This document shows, piece after piece, positions 23,166 to 38,189 of a DNA stretch of 64,000 nt. The stretch comes from Chrysomallon squamiferum (Eukaryota; Animalia; Mollusca), in contig CM022677.1 in the NCBI GenBank assembly GCA_012295275.1, forward strand, positions 5,456,001 to 5,520,000, read 5' to 3'. The translations under genes and the position numbers were made by a program. Numbering within the stretch: position 1 is the first letter of the stretch; every line of letters starts with the position of its first letter. The notes under the pieces are model-generated. The model was not told the DNA's origin, ran no database searches, and was given only the letters and a program-made list of their open reading frames with translations.

Positions 23166-25065
23166 ACCACAGTCTGTAATACTAGAAACGAGGCACTGCC
23201 TTCAACAAACAGACTCACTCATAGAATAGTACACACCACAGTCTGTGATATACTGGACACGGTGCACTGCCTTCAACAAACAGACTCACTCATAGAATAG
23301 TACACACCACAGTCTGTAATACTAGAAACGAGGCACTGCCTTCAACAAACAGACTCACTCATAGAATAGTACACTAGAAACGAGGCACTGCCTTCAACAA
23401 ACAGACTCACTCATAGAATAGTACACACCACAGTCTGTAATACTAGAAATGAGGCACTGCCTTCAACAAACAGACTCACTGATAGAATAGTACACACCAC
23501 AGTCTGTGATACTAGAAACGAGGCACTGCCTTCAACAAACAGACTCACTCATAGAATAGTACATTCCACACACTGTAATATACTATACACGGTGCACTGC
23601 CTTGATCGGACACACTGACAGGATAGTACATACCACAGTCTGTAATATACGAGACCCGAAGAATTGCCTTGATCAGACTCACTGACAGGATAGTACATAG
23701 CACAGTCTGTAAACAGTACCCTACCTTGAACAGACTCACTGAGAGGGTAGTACATACCACAGTCTGTAATATACTGGAGAAGATGCTCTGCCGTGAACAA
23801 ACAGACTCACTGACAGCATAGTACATACCATAGTCTATAATATACTAGACCCGATGCACTGCCTTGAACACACAGACACTGACAGGATAGTACATACCAC
23901 AGACTGTAATAAACTAGATACATGCATTGCCTTGAACAAAGAGACTCTCTGACAGGGTAGTACATACCACTGGCTGTAATATACTAGATACACTGCACTG
24001 CCTTGAACAGACTCAGTGAGAGGGTAGTACATACCACAGTTTGTAATATACTAGACACGATCCACTACCTTGAACAAACAGACTTACTAAATTGGTAGTA
24101 CATACCACAGTCTGTAATATACTGGAGAAGATGTACTGTCTTGAACAAACAGACTCACTGACTGGATAGTACGTACCATACTCTGTAATACACTACACGC
24201 GATGGACTGCCTTGAACAAACAGACTCACTGATTGGGTGGTACATACTACATTCTGTAATAGAGATGACACACTGCCTGGAACAAACAGGCTCTCTGACA
24301 AGGTAGTACATACCACTGTCTGTAATATAGACACGATCCACTACCTTGAACAAACAGACTCACTGACAAGATAGTACATACCACAGTGTGTAATATACTA
24401 GATACAGTGCACTGCCTTGAACAAACAGACTCCAGACAGGATAGTACATACCACAGTCTGTACTAGATACAGTGCACTGCCTTGAACATACCACTGACAG
24501 GATAGTACATACCAGAGTCTGTAATATACTAGATACAGTGCACTCCCTTGAACAGACTCACTGTCAGGATAGTAAATATCACAGTTAATATATTACATAA
24601 AGTGCTCTGCCTTAAACAAAGAGACTCATTCACAGAGTAGTACATATTGCAGACTGCGATATACTAGACATGATGCTCTGCCTTGAACAGGCAGACTAAC
24701 TGACAGGATAGTACATATCTGTAATATACTGGACAAGAATCACTGCCTTGAACAGACAGAGTCACTGACACGATACTACATACCACAGTCTACTAGACAC
24801 GAAGAACTGCCTTTAACAAACAGACTCACTCACAGGATTGTACATACCACAGTTTGTAATATTCTACATAAAGTGCACTGCCTTCAACAAACAATAATTG
24901 ACAGAATAGTATATACCACAGTCTGTAATATACTAAACACGATGCATTGCCTTGAACAAACAGACTCGCTGACAGGTTAGTACATTCCACACTCTGTAAT
25001 ATACTATACACGGTGCACTGCCTTGATCGGACTTACTGACAGGGTAGTACATAGTACAGTCTGTT
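23166..25065. repeat. Minisatellite, ~69-71 bp unit, about 27 copies
   Basis: Unit is approximately ccacagtctgtaatatactagacacgatgcactgccttgaacaaacagactcactgacaggatagtacata. Confidence 0.92.
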
Positions 25066-25311
25066 ATGTGAAAATTTCTATATTTAATTTATTATGATTA
25101 GAGAAAGAGAGATTTGCATTTCACTATGACTGTAAGTTTGTATGGTTTCATAAAAATGTCATTTCACTGTAAAAATGTAGTATAAAAATTTCAAATACAT
25201 GTAACTACTGTTTTTCAGCCTTTTCATACTGACACGTTATTTAAATTTCACAAATATAATGATTTCTAGAGCGTAAAATTGTTAATTTTGTGTTGAGAGA
25301 AGAGAGCGAGT

Positions 25312-25391
<80 letters not shown>

Positions 25392-25879
25392 CGAACGAGC
25401 GAGACAGAGGATCAGAGGGAGGCAGACAGAGACAGAGAGAGAGAAAGAGTGTAACCATTAACCAAATACAAACCATTAACAAAATACAAACCATTAACAA
25501 AATACAAACCATTAACAAAATAGTAACCATTAACAAATACTAACCATTACTAACATCCCCTACGTGCACTGAACCTCACCGTGGTGTAGGGGGGGCAACA
25601 TTTCCAAAGGGAATGGCTAATTAGTACTTTATATTATATTAATTGGTTAGATAGATAGATAGATAGATAGATAGATTATGATAGATATACGTACATACAG
25701 AGATAGTTACTGTAGATAGATATGACATGTAAATATCTCCTTCTGGCTTTCTTTCTCTCTCTCTCTCACTCTCCGGATTACTCTAATCAGATGGATTATT
25801 TTATTTTACCAGATATTATGTGATAATTAAGTATTATAGGTTCTGTGATTAATGTGCTCTTTAACGGAAAATATTATAC

Positions 25880-26572
25880 ACACTTTTTGGCCCCCATATT
25901 TGGTGATGAAATCAATAGTTTTGGCATTGATGTAGTCTATTCTGAGTTTTATTTAAGTTTTTTGAAACAGTTGAAAGTCCACGGTCCATCTGGCGGGCAC
26001 GTTGTGAAACTTCAAATAAAATCAAAAGGATGAGGTTTGCCGAGGCACTGACAGAAGAAGAAAGTGTCAAGAGGTATGAAGAAGAGTTGGCGGAGGAGAA
26101 GAAGAAGGAAGAAGAAAAGGCAAAGAAAGCAAATGTTTTAGAGGCAAAATTACAACAACAAAAATAGAAGATACCAAAGTCAAAACGGTAGTTCAGTTTG
26201 AATGCTACAGCAGAACCGTGGATGCAGCCAAAGAAAACGTTGATGGTAATGAGCCTGAACTTGAAGACAGAGATGTAGTACATACACAAGAAAAATGTGA
26301 ACTCTGTGGCAGAGTTGATTGTGGAATGAATTCTGACGAGTTCATAGGATGTGACGGCTATTGTCTTGATTCTTGCACAAATCTCGAAATCCCAGCTGGT
26401 GCAGAATTTTAAAGATATTGTATTCTTGTGTGATATTTGTCAACGAATTTAGTTTATTGAAGTTTTGAATTTGACTTGTATTGTGATGAGGACTAATTAT
26501 TATTTGTAGTAAGCAATAATCAACAAATTTGAGGACCAAACTACTCATGAATGTGGGGCCAGAATTACTATT
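25880..26572 (+). mobile_element. Relic of a pogo/Fot1-like (Tc1-mariner) transposase C-terminus with PHD-like finger
   Basis: AEALTEEESVKRYEEELAEEKKKEEEK (charged helix), then an acidic linker, then CELCG...EFIGCDG. Short inverted motifs tttggcccc (~25886) and ggggccaga (~26554) flank it. Confidence 0.5.
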
Positions 26573-27949
26573 TTATTTATCATTTTAAGTAGGATTATTG
26601 CAATTAGTGTTATTGTTTTTACCGTTAATGTCGTTATGTCAGTATTACAGTCGTCATTATAAAGAAAGAAACAATTATCAACAAATAAACAGAGACACAG
26701 ACACACACACATAGAAAAGAAATAGTTTGGTATATGTGTTTGCGTTAGAGGATAGTTATATACGTAAGTTCATATCAGAGAGACGGTGTTTATGTATATA
26801 TATACTACGTTATGTTAAATAATAGATAGATACATTGATGGACATAGAGATAGATAGACATTTTATAATATATAGGCAAATGAACTTGTAAGAACTTTTT
26901 TGTACATGCATTATTATATAATATCACATTAACCTCGCTTTTCGCAACTTTTCTTTTATTGGTCATTTTAATTATTCAGTTCAGTTTTGGGTTTTTCTAT
27001 CTGTCTGTGTGTCTGTATGTCTGTCTATGGATTTCTCTCTATATATGTCTGTCTGTCTCACTCTCCATCTATCTGTCTGTCTATCTGTCTATCCACCTAC
27101 CTATCTACCTCTCAGATTACAGTGATAGAGCAGGTGTCGCTGTAATTAAAACTTCAGTAAAAGAAATGATAAACACTGCAGAAAATATTGATAATAAAGC
27201 AGCGATGATATTTTATCTCAGTGGGAGAGGTTCTGTCTATGCCTAAAATACTGAAGGATCTTAGTAAATGTTAATAAATTTATATATTTGTCCCTGTAAA
27301 CGGCAACTGAAATGTCCTTTGTATTGCAGTAATGAAACAAAAAAAAATGTTCTTATTATAATGATTAACGCTGTTTACCACTTATAATGGAACTGAACAA
27401 CAATATTTATAGTTTATTTGCTTCAACCAGACCTGTTTATACTAATACATTTAAATTCAGCGAAAGAACCGTAATATTTTACTTTTATATATAGCTTATA
27501 TATAGATTATAGGGGAGATAATAGAATATCACTTTCTACAGTTAATTAAGAATTAATCTGTAATAGCGCAGTATATTTACAGAACTTGTGTTATAATAAA
27601 CAAGATTCATCTCGCGCATCCTCGCCTTTTCACTTTACTTTTAATAAAAAAAACGTCTATTAATGTTTCTCTATATTCTACACTTTTCTAGTATTTAAGA
27701 AAGATGCACTTGCAAATATCAATAACATGGTGAAGTTAATTCATCTTAATCTAGCCTCTCACCTCTCAACTGCAATTCTGGTATCTTAATAATAAAAAAG
27801 TGACTGATAAACGTGGATTCATTATTCAACTTGTTAGATACGTTTTACCTGTTAATGAAAAATTAAGCTGAATATTTATTTATTTATTTATATAAAATTA
27901 TCTAATATTGTTAATTAAAAAAAACAATACCTCTATTTTTCAATACATA

Positions 27950-28664
27950 ATATTACCGCTACGCCTCTGTTTACAACATAAAACATGTAACATAAATAGT
28001 GATGGCGGTACTGATTGGATCTTATTTTCATAACGCCGTGTAAAATTACTCCTGCTTAGCTGTTCTGTGAAACAAGTTCTGTTAATAAAATATCACATTA
28101 GTATGGAAGCGTTCTCGATATTCACATATAATTCTACTGTTGTTTATAAAGATAAGCTAATCTGGAACCACACCTGTAAAATCACACCTGTAATGTTTAC
28201 TATAATGCTACAGTATAAACATAAAACAACAACGACAGCAGCAATAGTAATCCCAATCTACATTTCTGAATGTATACAGTATTTCCACAGTAAAAATCAC
28301 AGTGTTTACTATAGTGCTACAGTATAAACATTAAAAAAAACACCAAAAATATCATACAACAACGACAACAACAACAACAGCAATAGTAATATAAAGAAAA
28401 GAAAATTTTAATCTTTATTCGATTTCTTTACTTCTCAATATCCATAACACTTCAAACGTTAACATCATCGCTCCAGTCTGGATGTCAATGTATTTTATGA
28501 CGTAGCTATAGCTTCACACAGACAAGTAACCTGGAGATATCCACTTTTCAATCCTTTTTATTGAGAAACAAAACATGATGTTGTATTTTTTTATTTATTT
28601 ATATTTTTGTTTACATAAAAATAAAAAGGTGAAAAGGAGCCGGATATTTATTTGAGAAGCTCAA

Positions 28665-28701
<37 letters not shown>

Positions 28702-29110
28702 TTATGGCTTACATTTATTGTAAGGTATTATGTAGGTATGAAAATATAAAATGTCACATTTTTCTACAGTTAAAACTAAATCTCTGAAACTGCGAATTGA
28801 AAAAAAAACACCCATAAAATGCTGCAGGGAAATACAGAGTTATGTACCCTTTTTTGAACAGTAGCTGACGAGTTGATACTTGGCTTATATTCGACTCGAA
28901 TAATTTAGAAACTGAGAAATATAGCGAGCTAGATTTCCAGATTCAGGCTTTTAATACATACTATTACCACTATGCCTCTGTTAACGTAACATAAAACATG
29001 TAACATAAATAGTGATGGCGGTTCTTATTTTCATAACGCCGTGTAAAATTACACCTACTTAGCTTTTCAGTGAAACATGTGTTAATAGTAAAATCACACC
29101 AGTAATGTTT
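27950..29110. repeat. Local direct duplication of a dispersed repeat (27950-28110 vs 28962-29110)
   Basis: aacataaaacatgtaacataaatagtgatggcggt..cttattttcataacgccgtgtaaaattac occurs twice. A related cttattttcataacgcc occurs at ~11616. Confidence 0.65.
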
Positions 29111-30394
29111 AGGATCGAATACTGTTTTTTCGTGGGGTGTTTTCGTGTTGTTGTTTTTTCTCTTCCTGACAGAAGTGGTAATAGAAGAAAGTATCATTTT
29201 TAAATTCCTTAAATTCATTTTTAAAGCGTTGGGTATATTTTACAAATATACTTTTTCTAAGCTGGTGTCAGTGAGGTGGAGAAAGATGAAGGTGAATTTC
29301 ATTAATACACCACAGATTGTGCTTTTAATTAGTGTTCTGGTAATTAATATTTATTAAGTATATTTTAAGAAATGTTGTACTTTTCGTCCTGTACAACGGC
29401 AAGTGTTTTGTGAAGAAACGTTTGGGTGAAACTTGTGAAGACAAGTCGGGCTGTGCAGACGTGTAGCTGACTGTCTGGATAACACGTGTTTCATCAAAAA
29501 AAAAAAAAAATCTTTTTGCCAGTTTTTTCTTCCAAAATCAGTGTCGAGTCATGATAAAATTCGTATTGGAGTAATTACTGAAACACGAAATTTTGACGTT
29601 TAATGTATTTTTCTAGATATAATTTGTGACACTGGACAGAGTTTATGTTCTATAAACAAATAAGATTTCAGATCTCCATGAATAAACTGAGGTTCAGTCA
29701 AAAATATCATGATATAGTATAAAAAACAATCATTTTATTTCCTTTCTGACTTTTTTCTTTTTCCCTTGTTTCAGTAGTCTTTCTTAATTATTATTTTATT
29801 TATCATTTTAATTAGTATTATTGTAGTTTTTGTTGTGTTTACAAAAATAATTAAATAAATCAGTTCAGACTGATATTTTAAAAGTTTCTGGTGAGATTTT
29901 ATTGATAACCGAAGAAACATTAAGATGTACTTGATAGTAAAGATATTGTTATATTTTAATCGGATGAAACAAACAATATATTTCTTCTAGCTAACTAAAA
30001 ATATCCTCGTATCTCATAAAACACCAGTTCAGGAGGACAGGCATGTTTTCTATGATGTAACTTACTAACTTTGTAAGATTTCTCCTAGTAGAATAAAATG
30101 TAACTAAGTGAAATTATCGGTATTTTTTTTATATTCATTTCAAAATGTTCACCTTTTCCTCTATTTTTTATTTAACATTATCTTTTTTTTTTATTTAACC
30201 TTTTTATTTTCATAAATGATAGAAAATTAATTGCAAAAGTAATTTAAAATAATTAAATTTAAAATGAACATATGACATTGAAACTAGTTTTATAGGAGAT
30301 ACACAGAAAGTATATAAACTGTTAGGGAGATGTACATAAAGAAATTGTTGAAGTTGTATAGAATGTATGGATTGGTAGAGAAACAGATGAACAG

Positions 30395-30438
<44 letters not shown>

Positions 30439-30900
30439 AAGGAAATTTGTGTTTTGTATTTTTCCAGAGGGCATGGTAGGAGAAATTGTTGCAGACATAG
30501 AGAGACAGATGTGAATGTGAAAGGATGAGTTGGTACGTACATGTTATCTGTGAGAAAGAGTTAATGTTTTTGTTGTCAAATAACTGCTGTATGTGAAAGA
30601 CAGTGGCCTTGTAAATACAAGTTCCAAGTGTTTTGTTTGTTGTTATCTTTCACAAAAAACACAGAAAAATGATATAAAAATAGAGATAAAAAACAGAATT
30701 ATTAATTGGATTATTTTAATGATTTATTATTATATTATTGTCCCGATTTTAAATTGTATTAACATTGAAAGATACTTGAAAATAGCTGAAATTAATAAGA
30801 TTAAAAAAATAATTTTAGCACTATTAAAACCAAGTATTTTTTAAAACAGATTTGCAGTAATTTTTATTTTAAAGAAAATGAAAATGAAATTATCTATGTC

Positions 30901-30934
<34 letters not shown>

Positions 30935-31369
30935 TTTAAAAGATTTAAAATTTAATTTGCTTGATTATGGCTTCATTATGACAGTCTGTGACATCAAATA
31001 AAAGTGAAATGGGTTCATGATAAAAAATCTTAAAGACATATGTCACATTAATTCATTATTATAATGCATTGTTAGAAAAGCTCGAGATTTATAGTGTATA
31101 TAGAAAAATTCATTGTTTTTACTCAAGGGACAAATCGAAAAAAAAAGTTTTCTGCAAAATAGGAATTTTACAGTAATTAATTAAGAAATAATAACAAACA
31201 AACCAGCTTTAATTTTCATTCTGGTTGGAAACATATTAAATACAAAATTGTACTTAATTTTTTAAAGAGATTAATATTATTTTCTTTTATTTATTTATTT
31301 TTTTTTTTTTTTTTTTTAAAGATTCCTTATTGAAATAATTCTAAAATGGGAAAGGCAAATTATAAAAAC

Positions 31370-31980
31370 TGGCAGAAATGTCTAAACAAAAATAACTGAA
31401 TATTTAAGTTTTATTATCTAGACAGGTTTTTAAGTAATTTCAACTTGAAGATCATCATGTTTCTTCTAATTAAAAATAGCAAAGTCATGGTTAATGCAAT
31501 CAAAAGTTCAATTTAATTAACAGTTTACATTAAAAATATATTATTATTATTATTTTTTTTATTAAAAAATTCAAATTACCTCTAATTAGTAAAGCTTCAA
31601 TTATATTTACACTAATTACCCACAACAAACCCTTGATTTAGCCCTGTTTTAAATACTATAAAGAAAAACAAATTATTTGGGGGTTTTTTACGCAAAAAGT
31701 TATAATTACCCCTAATTACATAATATTCAATTATATTTACATTAATTACCCCTAAACCGTTGATCTCCCCTGATTTAAATAATATAAAGAAAAAATGGAT
31801 TTTGTTTTTATAAAAAATTCTAGATTTCATTTTTTTTTTATAAAAAATCTAATTACCCCTAATTAAACAATTTTAGAAATATGTACACAATGATTACATA
31901 ATTTTAAATATATTTAAACTAATTTTTTACCCCTGCAAAACCTTGAATTTCCCCTGAATTAAATAATATAAAAATAAGAT
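31370..31980 (+). repeat. AT-rich aattacccc repeat (about 3 tandem units), inverted relative to 37920-38135
   Basis: The caattatatttaca..attaccc..aaacccttga units match the reverse complement of tcaagggtttgctggggtaatcaatgtaaatataattg at ~37954-37991. Confidence 0.7.
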
Positions 31981-32029
31981 CATTATAAAAATTAACACCT
32001 CTATGCACTATCACATTAATTTTAGCTTA

Positions 32030-33232
32030 TTTAGAATAACCAAGCACACATCAGTGATACAAACAGTGCAAGCTGCTATGAAGTACAATGTGTACACTGG
32101 ATGTTCTGATCACATTGACAATGCAGTCTCTTGGAGATCACTGAGTTACAAATTACATTTCAGACAGATTTTCTCTTGAAAGTGTTGCGATTTCTCTGGA
32201 CAGGGAAGACTGTGATGTAATAGCATTCTGGTGCTTTAGTTAACCTTTTCTGAAAATGTGTCTTACAACATTTTCAACTGAAGTGCTGGCTGAGGCAGCT
32301 TGAATCTGTTGCCTAGGATCCTACAACAAAATATAATATTCATTAATAAACTAAACATAAAATAAAGTGCAAGCAGTAGTTTTGTTGTCAGTTCTAACTG
32401 CATTTCACTGTCTTAGCAAGAACATTTTTAGTCCACATTTTTGTTTCTTCCATACAATTTTAATAATAAAAATATTTTATTAAATGTTTTTATATTCTTA
32501 ATTTGAATCAGTTTATTATTTTTTTTAACTTTGATATAAAAGGATAAAAATAGCAATAAATACCTTTAGCCCTACCACATAAAGTATTAAATGTATTTCA
32601 GATTAGAGTCAGATATTAGTAACATCGAATTACATATTTATACAACTGTTCTGTTCACTACTCTATTAGGCTGACATGCAAATTATTACAAGGTTTGTTG
32701 TTGCATGAACCATTATTACATTGATTTGACTACTATCTAAACTAAATGACATTTACAATATCAAGATCCTTTATGAAACATTTATATAAAATTATCAATA
32801 CTATTCTGTACATTAAAATAAATTGTTGATTAAATTCATTCTTAATGAAATGAGCTATAAAACACAAAAGTGAATGAATAAAACATACCTTTAGAGCAGC
32901 ATTCAATCCACACATAGACATGGATCTTTTAGAACCTGGAGCAAAAAAATCAAAATAAACAGTTGCAAAAAAACCCCAAAACACCACAAATTTAAGAAAA
33001 AAAATACTGCAACTTTCACCTTTTAAATTGTTTAAAGTTAAGTAACTAATACAAAATTGCATTTTACTTTACAATCATATTTAATAATTAATTGTCAGTT
33101 ATTAAATTTGTAAAATTCATAGATTGTTGACTAAGAATTGCTAATAACATTACCTATTTCTGTAAAATTGCTGCCAAAAGGCTTTTCCACTGAAATTTAC
33201 TGTTTCCTGAAATTAAATAATTATTGTGAATG

Positions 33233-33284
<52 letters not shown>

Positions 33285-34313
33285 CAACAACAAAAAGCCC
33301 CAAACACAATGTCATCCTTAATTAAGTACATGAATGACAACAAAGATATGAATAAATTCTTAAGATCTTTCAATTCACCTCAATTTCTATATAAATATCA
33401 TTATCATCTTTGTCAGTTAAACAGGTGAACGGAAAAAGAAATGACAGTGTAAATGCATCAACTCACTGTTTGATCTTTCTTATGTGATCAACACTAACGT
33501 TCTCAACATGAGTTACTTCCATTGTACAACTGAGTCTCATCTCCTACAAAAACACACAATTATATTTGAACTGATTATACTTGTTATTAATTATTACTAC
33601 TTTTATATATAAATAAACAAAAAATAAACAAATATAAAAATAAGTAAAATGAAGTAAGAAGACAGCAGAAAGATAGAGAAAATATTTTGCATAGAATTTT
33701 GTGAAAGACTGATGAATTATTTAAAACTGAAATAAAATGGAAAAGTTTACAATGAATAATGTATTTAAATACCTGCTGAACAGCACCAAATACTTCAACT
33801 CTACTGGAGACTCAAGCTGCTCTTTGTTCCAAAATGTCAATCAGAGTTTGTTTTTTAGAAACAATTTTTAGAATTGTTTTTCCTTAACAAGCTGATTTAA
33901 CTTCTAAATCCACAGTTTAGTATATTGGTTTCTTCATTTGCTATAAATATATGTGATTAAAGATCTGAAGTCATTCAGTAAATACTGACATTTCCTAGTT
34001 CTTTGTCCACATTGTTTTCAGCAATGTTCCTTGCCCTTTCTTGAATCTCATTTCTTTGCTCTTGAGTTAACTTGTCCACCTTGAAGGCCAGTAATAGACT
34101 TAGGAACTCAGTCTGTTTAAGATACCAAAAATAAACCGTAATATATATATATACACACAATCAAAAGCTAATGTAAAAACATTCAAGTGATATTACACTG
34201 AAAATAATAATGTATGTTTATAAAACAATGAGCATAATTTTATTAGTTCTGACATCATTTTGTCAATAGGAAACATAAAATTCCTGATAGACTGAGGATA
34301 TAGCTTAACATAT

Positions 34314-34357
<44 letters not shown>

Positions 34358-34756
34358 TGAATGAGTGTGTATGTTGTTTGATTTATAGCATATCTATCTA
34401 AAAAATGACTTTTTGAAATAGGAAAATATCAGGCCTCTATCTGTTTTCATAAGCTTGTTATTTTATTTTCAGACTAAACTCAACTAGTATAATAAGTTAA
34501 ACCTAAATGTGGAAAAAGAAGAATTATTACTGTATTTAATAAAATCAAAAAGCATACACCCTGTCCAAAACAAAGAACCTACTCTAACTGAATAAAAAAT
34601 CTTGTTTCACATAAGTATTGTTTATCACATTGAAACATCACAAAGATATATCATTAATCTAAAATCACAAATAAATTACATCTTTAAGTAAAATTCTCAA
34701 TAAATGCAGAATAAAAATTTAGTTACTTTGATTTCTTCATCTGAAAGTTTGCGCAA
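32030..34756 (-). pseudogene. LRMP: LRMP/IRAG-like pseudogene, copy 2 (inverted)
   Basis: Exons 34756-34727 (LRKLSDEEIK), 34112-~33993 (TEFLSLLLAFKVDKLTQEQRNEIQERARNIAENNVDKEL), 33903-33773 (contains stops) and 33543-33466. Phase-compatible downstream exons lie at ~33207-33154 and 32936-32890 (GSKRSMSMCG). Introns are also similar to 19780-22050. Confidence 0.82.
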
Positions 34757-34959
34757 CTGAAATAAAAATATACTGTTGAGACAGCTGTCCTAATGGGGAA
34801 ACAAATCTGGATATTGCTGATATTTTGCTAGTTAAGGAAAATGATGGATGCAACACGAACTGCTGAACATAAAATGTGTTTCCTGAACTAATTTAACTAA
34901 TGTCTGCAATGACTGAAATAAGAAAACCTCAGCATAATATAAAATGTCAGTATAAGTAT

Positions 34960-35452
34960 TAATATAAATTATAAGAAGAAAGAAAAAGTAGGTAAAAAAA
35001 AATAACAACACCGTTTATTTGAAGTTTACGGTGAACGATTGGCTAATAATAAAAATAAAATAAAATAAAATAAATAAATAAAAGAAGAACCACATTGATT
35101 TATAATTAGTACGTATATTTTAATTAATTATTTTATTTTAATTGTTTTGAACATTAATTTAATATATTTTTTTTAATTTTTTTTTTTTTTTATAGTATCT
35201 TATTTGCGGACAAATGCGGGATGATTTCGGTCTTTGCGGATTTACTTTCTTGTTCATAGAATATAATACAGAATTGGGATAATCGCATTATCATGCAACA
35301 AAAAAGTTGCTTAATGTATTTCATTTTGTGAAGGAGACAGGTATTACTATTTATTATTATAGTTGTTAATATGTTTGGATATTTTTCGATTTATTTAATT
35401 ATAATTTAAAAGTCATACACGGGATGGCAGCCATCTTATTTTGGAATAATAT

Positions 35453-35487
<35 letters not shown>

Positions 35488-35757
35488 TTTTCTTTTTTTT
35501 TGTGTGTGTGTGCAAATAACGACACTCGATTAGTAATAAAATTCACCAGTGGTTGTACTAATCTGAACAGCATAAACAACGTCATATAAATAAGAAATCA
35601 TGTTTAGTCTTTAATTTTTTTTTACCAATCATATATGATATATCGGGGGCAAATTTTGTGTGACCAGTAATTGAAGTTGTCTTAAACTAAATTGACTTGT
35701 GTAGCACACATCACAGGACAACTATGTGTCGACTGTCAAAGGATTTATTTATTTATT

Positions 35758-35809
<52 letters not shown>

Positions 35810-36092
35810 TTTTGAAATAAACTAATAACACTATTTTTAAAATACGCTAATTTTGTTTCACATGTTGTTTTCTGTCAGTTTTTTTTAATGATTTTTCTTT
35901 TTAAAATCATGTTAAATTCATGCTCAATACATTATTTAATTGATTTTTTAAAACATTAAAGGTTATAATGGGTGGGGCCATAAACGGTTTCATTATTTAA
36001 GCTAAATACCTGTATAGCTCAGTGTTAACTCTAAAAACAAATAAAGATAAATACAAATTTAAGATAATACATTTATTTATTATAATAATATT

Positions 36093-36125
<33 letters not shown>

Positions 36126-37126
36126 AAAAATTTGTTATCCTCAGTGGTAACTGTTCTTTGTTTCCATTCTTTTTCTTAATTGTCAATTTTAATTTATTTA
36201 CATTTTGTTTTGTTTTGTTCTACTTCCTTCTTTTTTATCTTCTTATTATTAGTACTACTTTTTGTTAGTATCATGTTTTATTTTTATTATTATTTTTTTA
36301 ATCTTTATTATTATTATTCATTTTCTTTTTCTTATCATTACTAATATTTGTTTATTTGGGATGTTTTCCAGGACATATGGAGAAAATGGTCCAAATGAAT
36401 TTAAAGAATTTTCTATGAAAAATCAGATGTTAATGTTTATAAATTTCTCATCCAGCTACACATCCATTGACCAGAACCACACTGTAGAGTGCAAGTGCTG
36501 CTAGAATGCTATAATATGGATACAACGATGGTTTACATTCAGCATAGACAGGAACAAGAAGGAAAGGGCAGAGTGCCATTGAAGTCTGCAGTCTGCGCTG
36601 GCAAACAAAACACCGTGGCAGATGACTGCAATGGCTCAGCATGACGGTGGCAATGACAACAGCCAGGAAGTTGAGCTTGCCACTCTGAGAATGAAGCTGG
36701 ATGAGAAGATAAAGAAAAGAGAGAGAAGAAAACAGAGGCTGTAGCTGCAGCAGAACAAGATGAGACTCAGGAAGGCAGCATTCATGAGAGTGATGTCTAG
36801 ACATATTGACAATTCGAAAGACCGAGCTAGTCCTTTACGTGATTCAGACAACAGAGTGGGACCAATGCACACAGGTCCGTGTCCCCTACCTCATCATCAC
36901 AAAAATCAAGGCCATTTCCCAGAGAAGGGATGCTAGAGACTTTTGATAATGTGAGACAACAGTCTGGCGTCAAGTGATCTGTCAGGCCTGTGTTAAAATG
37001 TTTTCAGAAACTTCTCAACAGTGGCAGGGTATGTTTTATTAGTTTATATATGTGTATGTGTGTCTGTGTGTCTGTGTGTGTGTGTGTTTGGGTCTGTGTG
37101 TGTGTGTGTGTGTGTGTCTGTGTCTC

Positions 37127-37184
<58 letters not shown>

Positions 37185-37940
37185 ATCAATAAAAAAAGGT
37201 ATTATGTTCATGTTGGAATTTCTAAAAGCTTTATTTACCATTCACATTACATATTTTATATAGGTCATTGCAGTATTATTCAGGTGCTATTTAGAAAGGA
37301 AATTTACTTTATGGAGAAGGATGAATCAGCTGTACAGACACTGCAGACTGCACAATTCCAAGTTGTAAATTCTTATCTTAGTTTTATTCCTTAGTGAGTA
37401 AAATAAGTTTTATAGTAACAACTCTTTACTGATTGTAAAATAGCATAATAATAATAATCATTTGTTTCATTAAATTATTACCATTATCATTATAATGATT
37501 ATACAAAGTATATCAAAATAACCAACACCCCTTTGTGTCTGAATAATCCAGTAACTGGTACCAGTACAATTTATATTTTAATAATATCATATTTATTTAT
37601 AACACTTTATTATTTTTATTGTCAGAATGCACATACAGCTCTAATTGATGCGCTGATGTTTGCTAGTGAAGTTGTTTCAGTAGAAGGTGCTGTCCAGCAC
37701 TGAGGATAAAGTTTGTACTGCTGCCACTGGAAAAGAGAAAAAAAACAAAACTGAACAGGTGAATTTGAGTTTGTTTTCTTATGTATTTCTCATGCACATA
37801 CATTAGAATTTTGTATCATACACTGCATTTTAATTATCTCTCTCTCCGAAACATACACACAACACATACAGCCACACACACAACAGTTCCATTCATATAA
37901 TACTGGTAATTTTGTTGTAAATTTCTATAATTTAAAATTA
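34960..37940 (+). repeat. Segmental duplicate A2 (direct paralog of ~14780-17540)
   Basis: Colinear similarity begins at taaa..ataa.aagaagaa(g)aaagaaaaagtagg and ends at ttttgttgtaaatttctata. Confidence 0.85.
36372..37029 (+). pseudogene. CAMSAP: CAMSAP/patronin-like exon with coiled-coil 1 (CC1), decayed
   Basis: ALANKTPWQ...SQEVELATLRMKLDEKIKKRERRKQRL*LQQNKMRLRKAAFMRVM resembles CAMSAP CC1 (ELVQL.MQLEEKRRAIEAQKKKME...QRLKLGKAAFLHVV). Contains in-frame stops and has AG/GT boundaries. Confidence 0.7.
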
Positions 37941-38189
37941 AATCAGCTGGAATTCAAGGGTTTGCTGGGGTAATCAATGTAAATATAATTGAAAATTATG
38001 TAATTAGGGGCAATTAGAATTTTTCAGGCAAAGACATTGTCTTTTTTTTTTTAAATTTTTGTTTAAATGCAGGAAAAGGTGATGATTTTGAAACGAATAT
38101 AAAATATTATTTTTGCTGATTCTACATTTTGCCATATAAACTGCGCTGCAGGATAAGATAAATGTTTCTTTACTTTTCTTTTATTTTTA

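Noticed and set aside
23166-25065. Regular repeats resembling a CRISPR array (also 39230-41690, 47350-47660, 50912-51975)
   Set aside because: Units are head-to-tail without unique spacers, there are no cas genes, and the context is eukaryotic.
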